A stretch of 64,000 nt of DNA from the NCBI RefSeq assembly GCF_963506605.1, contig NC_083279.1, positions 87,234,001 to 87,298,000 of the forward strand, read 5' to 3'. The notes under the pieces are model-generated. The model was not told the DNA's origin and made no database searches. It worked only from the letters and a program-made list of their open reading frames with translations. Shown here piece after piece: positions 57,201 to 64,000 of this stretch; the stretch's first letter is position 1; each line of letters opens with the position of its first letter. The DNA comes from Zootoca vivipara (Eukaryota). Made by a program: the position numbers and the translations under genes.

Positions 57201-59226
57201 GTAGAGTAGCTTGACGGGGTATAAATGATAAATTATTACATTTCTTATTTCATGTTCACAACAATCCTGCGAGGTGTGTTAGGTGGAGAGATAAGTAACA
57301 GGCCCAAAATCATGGGGGTGAACCATAAGGTGTGGCTGGGGATTTGAATGCAAAGGGCTGACCTAGCTGCGGCACCAGGCTGATTTAATAAAACTCACTG
57401 GATTGAGCTGGCCCATCTCATAACACAATGCCTTGGTAAATATGGGATTAAGAAGTGCTATATTATGTATTTATAATATATAAGTGCTTGACGTGCAATT
57501 GAGGCAGCTTAAAAATAAAATAGGAATGGCTGCAAAGGGGGGGGGCGGATGAAAATATTATTGGAATTAAATTATCTATTAAAAACAAGCAGATAGTGAA
57601 CATGTTTTACTATCATTTTATGGAGGATGCTCTGCAGATTTAATTTGTGAAAATCCCACTGGATGTTATGGGTGGATTTATTTGGTCCTCAGAGCATGCT
57701 AAGAACCTCTGTGATTATACATAATAGTAAAGTAGCACCTTTTCAGTAACTGTTGCTTGGGTGCAAAGATGAATAAGTCTAGATTTAAAAAATGTCTTTA
57801 CTGTAAAGGGCAAATGGATAGTGTGAGGTGTGACGATCCTCCCTCCTCTATTACTAGCAGTGTGCTTGAAGGAATTCAGTTATTGTTCAAACAACCCACT
57901 ATTCCTTCTTTCTCCCAAATAAATTCCCTGTTTTTATATGGGTTTGCTAGTACATAGAGTACAGTTCCACCTTTCCAAATAACGTGGCTCCGTATCCTTA
58001 ACTCCAGGCAAATACCGTATTACAGGAACAATCTTGTGCCCTCAGTAAGGTTTCCCTCTCAACTCAGGTTTAGCCCCTGCAAGGCACTCTTTTCCCTCCA
58101 CTTGCCGCCTCTGTGCGTGACTTTGAGATGCAAACTATCCACCTGCTCCTCGGGCTCAGTTTTATCTCCCCTCTTCAGTCACCACCCTTTTGAGTTTAGA
58201 TACTTTGCTGGAATAAGGAGGAACATCCAATTTGACACAACATAGATGAAAGCTTTATTTAACTGGAAAACATGTATATTTCTTTATGGTTTCATTTGTT
58301 TAAACTCTTAGTTCATCATCTTTTCATATAACACAAACTTGTTAATACAGCTCCTGCATCCCTCTCTAACACTCTACTCCCCACAACTGCCAACTCTCAA
58401 CTGCCATTTAGAATCCCATCAAGCTCTGCCTCCCAAGGAACACCTGCCAATACTGGGAATCATCCCATGATGAACTGGAATCATCAGGCACTATTCCGCC
58501 GCATGAGGTTTCTTTGAAAATATAACCAGATTTTGTTTTAAGGCCTGAAGTCCTAAAGTTGCCTTAATAATTTAGCAAATAGTTGATCTGCGTTTGTCTA
58601 CCTGACTCCTAGTACAAACTAGAAATAGAATTTAGCTGATATTGCTGAAGGCAAAAACTCGAATTGTTGAGCTGACGACCACCAGCAGTCATGCTTCCCA
58701 AGACTTGATACAGATTCCAGCATGCTCAATTGGAGTTTGTTCTGATGAGCACCCAAATTTCTGAATCATGGTTATTTTATCCTTTTTTTGTATGTCAATA
58801 TATCAAAAATGAGGCCTACAATGAAGATTGTAATTAAGGTTAGCGTCTGATTAAATGGTTTCTGTATTTCAGACACAGGCTGAGAAAGATAAAACCGATT
58901 CACGGTCCTTCAGCTTTAATCAATTTCCCCTCCATCTGTATAATGGCTTTGCTACTTAAATTAATGCATTTCCATCTACATTCTTTTTTTAGTGAGACCC
59001 CATGATGAACTTTCCTAGCTGGAAAGGCTTTCTCCTTAGCACCCATATACTGGTACTCAACTTGCCTTTTTGCCCAGTAGGTCTGCAGTATGACTGTTGG
59101 TGACAAGATCTGCAACAGTCAGTAAAATGGTAAAATAATTAAAGGCTCAGCAGTATGTAAAGTTGACAAAAAATGGGAATAGACTAAAACTGTACAAGAA
59201 ACAGTTTAGGAAGACTCTACCTTGTC

Positions 59227-59570
59227 AGGTGGCGCTGTGGTTAAACCACTGAGCCCAGGGCTTGCTGATCAGAAGGTCGGCGGTTCGAATCCCTGTGACG
59301 GGGTGAGCTCCCGTTGCTTGCTCCCAGCTCCTGCCAACCTAGCAGTTCGAAAGCACGTCAAAATGCAAGTAGATAAATAGGAACCACTACAGCGGGAAGA
59401 TAAACGGCGTTTCCATGTGCTGCTCTGGTTTGCCAGAAGCGGCTTTGTCATGCTGGCCACATGACCTGGAAGCTGCACGCCGGCTCCCTCGGCCAATAAT
59501 GTGAGATGAGCGCGCAACCCCAGAGTCTGTCACGACTGGACCTAATGGTCAGGGGTCCCTTTACCTTTTT
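59227..59570 (+). mobile_element. Sauria SINE (slightly 5' truncated)
   Basis: Same consensus as the other copies, flanking direct repeat TACCTTGTC. Confidence 0.9.
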
Positions 59571-59765
59571 TACCTTGTCCCTGTAGGCTTATTGAAAACG
59601 AAGGCTGCAACCTTTCCTAAGTACTTCTAGAAAACACAACCCCACAGGCTCTGGAGGTGAGGGGGCACTGCTGAAATTTTCTGTATTAGACTGGTATGCT
59701 CTGATCTAAATGGATTAATTAAAATGCCATCAAAGTGCAATCATTTTCTTTCATTGTTTCAACAG

Positions 59766-61876
59766 GACTAACTGGTTTGCATTCCCTGAAGCCCTCAAAG
59801 AAAATGAAAGCTATGCTGCCAGCAAGTCTTGTTGGCCAATCTCCCGAGAGTCCATCTGGCAATGAAACACAGAATGGCTCTCCAAAGCCTAAGTTGCCTA
59901 AACCTAAACTTGACATCAAAGCCCTCTTTGACTACTACTCAAGGAAGCAGCATCTGAATACAAAGTGGAGACCAAGCACTAAGAAGAAGAAAGTTGCAAG
60001 GAGGAAAAGTGCAAAATGCAAGGAGCGGGAAACATGCGAGAGGAGACCCAGGAAAGAAAGAGTACCAGGAAAGAAAGGGAAAAAGGAACTTACTGAGAAA
60101 GTTGTTAGTTTTCCTTTTGTGGAGAGACTGTATGGAGTGAAACGCATTCCCATTAGAGTGGTGTCTCTGTATGAGGTAAGTAGCAGTTAAATCAGAGCAG
60201 AGGTTCCCAAACTTATTTCACCTACCGTGCCCTTTTCAGAAAAAAAATATATTCTGCACACCCCTGGAAATTTACCACCTTTAAGTGAGCAGACAAAGAT
60301 TCAGTGACAAATCTGCATTTTTTTAAATGTACATATATTTCTACCTACAACATACTAAAGAAAGATCATGTTGTAAAATAGCATACCTTGAAGCTTGAAA
60401 TTATAAAAATATTAAAATCAACCAGAGTAGCATACACATTATACACAGAAATGAAATAAAAATTATGAACCTTTAAAATAATCCTAACAAGAAGGATGAA
60501 CCTAGTACGCTGCTGTCAGTTTATTAATGTTTGGATCTAATTTTGTCAGCAGCATTTTTCAGTCACCACAATTAGCTATTTGCAGTTGATTTCTTTTTTT
60601 AAAGGTAACTGTTTATTTGGAAAATGAATTCTGGGAACGTTGGGAAACACTGATTTAGAGAAAGCAACTATGGTATATATACAATAATGCTCTGGTCTTT
60701 TGTACTGCATAGTGTTAATAATTTGCTTCCTGAGTAACAAACTTGATTGGGAAACAGTGTTTGGTGGTTGAAATAAAGCCTTATTGGTACACTGCATAAC
60801 AAATCAAATTTGTGGGCTTTCAGAATCTTTTGCCCTGGTTTATGTTCATAGCAGATCAAATTTCTTCTCCCCCAGCAAGCGGCTTTAAATGGATTCTTCA
60901 GGTGCGTTGAAATGCTGAAAATCGAGAAGTCCCTGAAAAAATCTTTGACACAGTTGAATGCTGTGGATGATCTAGAAAATGAAAGTCTGGAGTCAAGAAA
61001 GCACAAATATGTGGATGAGGATGAACTCCTTTCTCCCATTGAGGAGACAAAGTATGTATAATTATGTTTTCTTAAGCTCTGTATCACATCTGCACTCAGT
61101 AGAAACTTAAATGCAAGGGAAGAGTTGAAAATGGGAATCTGCTGATCTGCTTCATGCTAAGCCATCTTCTTCAACCCTTGCTTGTATCAATAGTTGATTG
61201 ATCACAGCACTTCGATTATACAATAGACAAGTATACTCCTCCTCCTAGACACACTCTGAAATTATACTTTGAGAGAAACTGATAAAAACCTGTAGATTGC
61301 TTGAGAATGTGTGACATGTGGCACACTTTCAGAAACATCAGGTTCGCAATGTTGTAATGTGCTTCCTATTTAACTAATGTATTCTTGCAGATTTTTCAGG
61401 AACACACCTTAGTTCTTGAGTTTCTCAGTGGACAAGAACTAAAACCCTTCTTGTTCAGAGTTACTACAAGATGCAGCCCTGAAATGAAAAGGTTTCAGTT
61501 AAGAGTCTGTAGACCCAACTAGGATTAGGTGGCAATTGGGCCAATAAGAAACTTGAGTGGACATTGTGCAGTGGCAAAGAGAATTACGAATTGGGGTCTC
61601 TGGGCTGAACCACATCTCTCTTTGCCTTGGGCTCCCCATTTACAGCAGGGAGGATAATACGGACATCCTGCACTCTATAGGGGAGTTGTAAGAATTATAA
61701 GTAGGAAATGCACAGGAAGCACTTTGAAAGCTAGAAAGCGCTATATGAATTATTTGATGTTTCTACTATTCTCATATACAACTTACAAACAGATAACTGG
61801 GCAATTGCTGTATTTCAGTGGAGATGACCAAACTGAGAGCTCTGCAGATAAAGAAGAAATGGGTGCCAAGATAGTG
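59766..61876 (+). CDS. TAF1D: TATA box-binding protein-associated factor, RNA polymerase I subunit D (partial; start unresolved, last exon not seen in window)
   Basis: Exons 59766-60175 (LDIKALFDYY..basic tract..FPFVE..YE), 60876-61051 (QAALNGFFRCVEMLKIEKSLKKSL..DDLENESLESRKHKYVDEDELLSPIEET, 176 nt) and 61819-61876 (58 nt), with consistent phases. Head-to-head with C11orf54 as in mammals. Confidence 0.88.
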
Positions 61877-62500
61877 GTAAGTCTTTGCTGACTTACCTAA
61901 GTCAATCACTTCAACTCAGTGGTTTTCAATCAGTGGGCTCCCTGGGGTGCCTCCATCCCTCTTTCCTTCCCTCCCTCTTCTGATGCCCTTTCCCTGTCTT
62001 TGCCTCCCAAGGGCTTTCACAGCTGTTGGTTGCAGCAGCCTTGGCTACAAGCTCCCCAAGCAAATGCTGCCTCGGGCTGGTCGGGGTGCTGGTTGCCAGG
62101 AGCTGAGGTGGTCTTGGAGTAAGGAAGCAAGTGGGTGAGGGAGGCCAGCCAGTCAGCCCAGCCCTTGCTGTTGGGAGTGGACAGACAAGTCCTAGGCCCC
62201 TGGGGGGGAGGCACATCTCTTTGGGGCATGGGGTGCAGCTCAGAGACCAGGGGCGGCAGCAACAGCTGCCCAGAGAACTGCCAAGAGTTGAAGAGGCTAA
62301 GGGCACACTCTGCAAGGGAGGATGTGTGAGAAAGGGCGAGAGGCTGCCAGCTCTGTGGGCAAGGGGTGACAGAACTGCGCCCCACAGGGGTGCCGCAGAA
62401 ACAAAAGTAGTTGGTCAAGAGAGTTGACTCAAAAAGGTTGAAAACCTCTGCTTTAACTTGTGATGATCTGCAAAATCCATAAGCTGCATTTCTCACACTA

Positions 62501-63009
62501 CAGTGGTACCTCGGTTTATGACCACAATTGGTTCCGGAAGTCTGTTCATAAACTGAAGCGTTCACAAAATGAAGCAAACTTTCCCATTGAAAGTAATGGA
62601 AAGTGGATTAATCCGTTCCAGACTGGTCCGCGGAGTACTCAACCTGAAGTGTACTTAACCCGAAGCATGGGTGTAATTGGTTCCGGAAGTCTGTTCATAA
62701 ACTGAAGTGAACTTTCCCATTGAAAGCAATGGAAAGTGAATTAATTGTTCCAGATGGGTCCGAGGTGTTCATAAACCGAGGTTCCACTGTACAGTCGTAC
62801 CTCGGTTTACGACCCGCTCGGGTTGCGAACAGTTCGGGTTACAAACTCCGCAAACCCGGAAGTGTTTTCGGCGGCGCGCGCATCCCGCGCATGCGCAGAA
62901 GCGGCGCACACGCTTTGCGCATGCGCAGAAATGGTGCTCGGTTTGCGGCCTTTTCGGGTTACGAACCGCGATCCGGAACGGATCATGTTCGTAACCCGAG
63001 GTACTACTG
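62501..63009. mobile_element. Two tandem Tigger-like MITEs sharing one TA (62501-62789 and 62792-63009)
   Basis: TA|CAGTGGTACCTCGGTTTA...CCGAGGTTCCACTG|TA|CAGTCGTACCTCGG...CCGAGGTACTACTG|TA. Confidence 0.8.
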
Positions 63010-63440
63010 TACTTAATTTGAGAACAATTCAATGAGGTTTCAGACCAATCATTTTGAAGGCTGTACTATACTCTTGCATGCAGCAACAATACTTCTCATC
63101 AGGACATCCTGATCTTTGACTTTAGCGGTGCTGCGTGATGAAACCCTTTCCCCAACCTGCCTTATTTCTATAGCTTATCTGGCAACATAGCATCTGTGGG
63201 AGCTGGAACCCATACTTTGTATAGTGTCTTTTAAAAGTCTCCCCTTTAAAATGGCACGCCTACACAATAGTGACCGCCAAGGACTCATCCCTTTCCTCTC
63301 CCCTTTTCATTGTATGTTTCAGAATCTATTTTGTATAGATGGTTTATATGATTTTATTGCTATATATAGGCCAATAAAGGTGTTGGAATTGGAAATGTCT
63401 TACAGACTTGTTGGCACCGTCAGCTGATGTTCGGGGTTGG

Positions 63441-63631
63441 TGGTCATACGACAGCACACAGTGTAACAAGGACTGAGAGATTTTTTGGGGGGGTTGTTTA
63501 ATCTCACTGTAAACAAGTGGTACAGTGACCATAAAGTATTTCTATTCTATTCTTGGCCTCTCCTATGATGGGCACATGCTCTTTAAACATGCCCGCATTT
63601 AATAGGGTGCCAGGACCAGGACTGGACATTC
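63441..63631 (+). ncRNA. Candidate H/ACA-like intronic RNA in TAF1D (unverified)
   Basis: Hairpin closed by TGGTCAT/GTGACCA, ANANNA box AAAGTA (63533-63538), second hairpin TCTTGGC..TCCTAT..GGGCA / TGCCC..ATAGGG..GCCAGGA, then ACA at 63626-63628. TAF1D is a known snoRNA host gene. Confidence 0.3.
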
Positions 63632-64000
63632 ACCCTCCTGTCTTCTGAACAGAGAGGCGCAGAGAGCAGCATTTTGTAAGCAAGTTGTGAGTGATCCCCC
63701 CGCCCATCTTTTCCCCATGTTTGCTGTGGGAGGGCATGCACCTACTATTTTATGGTTGTCTTCAGCTCTTGCATGTGGCAGCTGTTTTATGTCATGCTCC
63801 AATGGTAGCCATTTTTTTAATTTAAAAAACATGGGTGTTACTCTACACTAGTCCTACTCAGTATAGACCCATTGAAGTTAATGGACACTTAACTCAAATT
63901 TATTTCAGTAGGCCTGCTCTGAACAGGACTCATTTGAATAAAACCCCATGCACCTAGGATGTATGTTGGTTCTATAATTATGTGTGTCAGGAATTGGCGT

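Noticed and set aside
61433-61446. CAAGAACTAAAAC resembling part of SNORD5
   Set aside because: No box C and no TGTTCAACTGCTGA guide upstream, so probably coincidental.
63323-63427. Possible terminal TAF1D exon (NLFCIDGLYDF...)
   Set aside because: No resemblance to the TAF1D C-terminus I recall. The true last exon and the canonical snoRNA cluster probably lie beyond the window.

Overview
Vertebrate nuclear DNA from a squamate, most likely a lacertid lizard (Sauria SINEs, Bov-B, CR1, abundant hAT/TcMar MITEs), with one 170-N gap at 3691-3860. It matches the neighbourhood of human 11q21. In order: the last two exons of an L6-family (TM4SF1-like) gene (+); a complete 8-coding-exon, 538-aa high-affinity choline transporter paralog (SLC5A7/CHT1-like, +); VSTM5 (+, 201 aa); MED17 (-, 12 exons, 648 aa); C11orf54 (-, 316 aa); and the 5' part of TAF1D (+), which shares a CpG-island bidirectional promoter with C11orf54. 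I placed the exon boundaries by hand (GT-AG ends, reading-frame continuity). Comparisons to human proteins and RNAs are from memory, not database searches. Most ORFs in the supplied track are intronic or transposon noise. The best lead is the intact but altered CHT1 paralog: two aromatic-cage Tyr->Phe changes, D48->K, and no endocytic C-terminal tail. It sits next to the TM4SF gene, at a position where I recall neither gene in mammals. Other leads are a near-perfect inverted CR1 pair bracketing its in-frame exons 3-6, nested solo LTRs, MITEs carrying promoter motifs, a microsatellite serving as a polypyrimidine tract, and candidate intronic snoRNA-like hairpins in TAF1D. I found no evidence of a wholly new multi-gene system beyond these leads.
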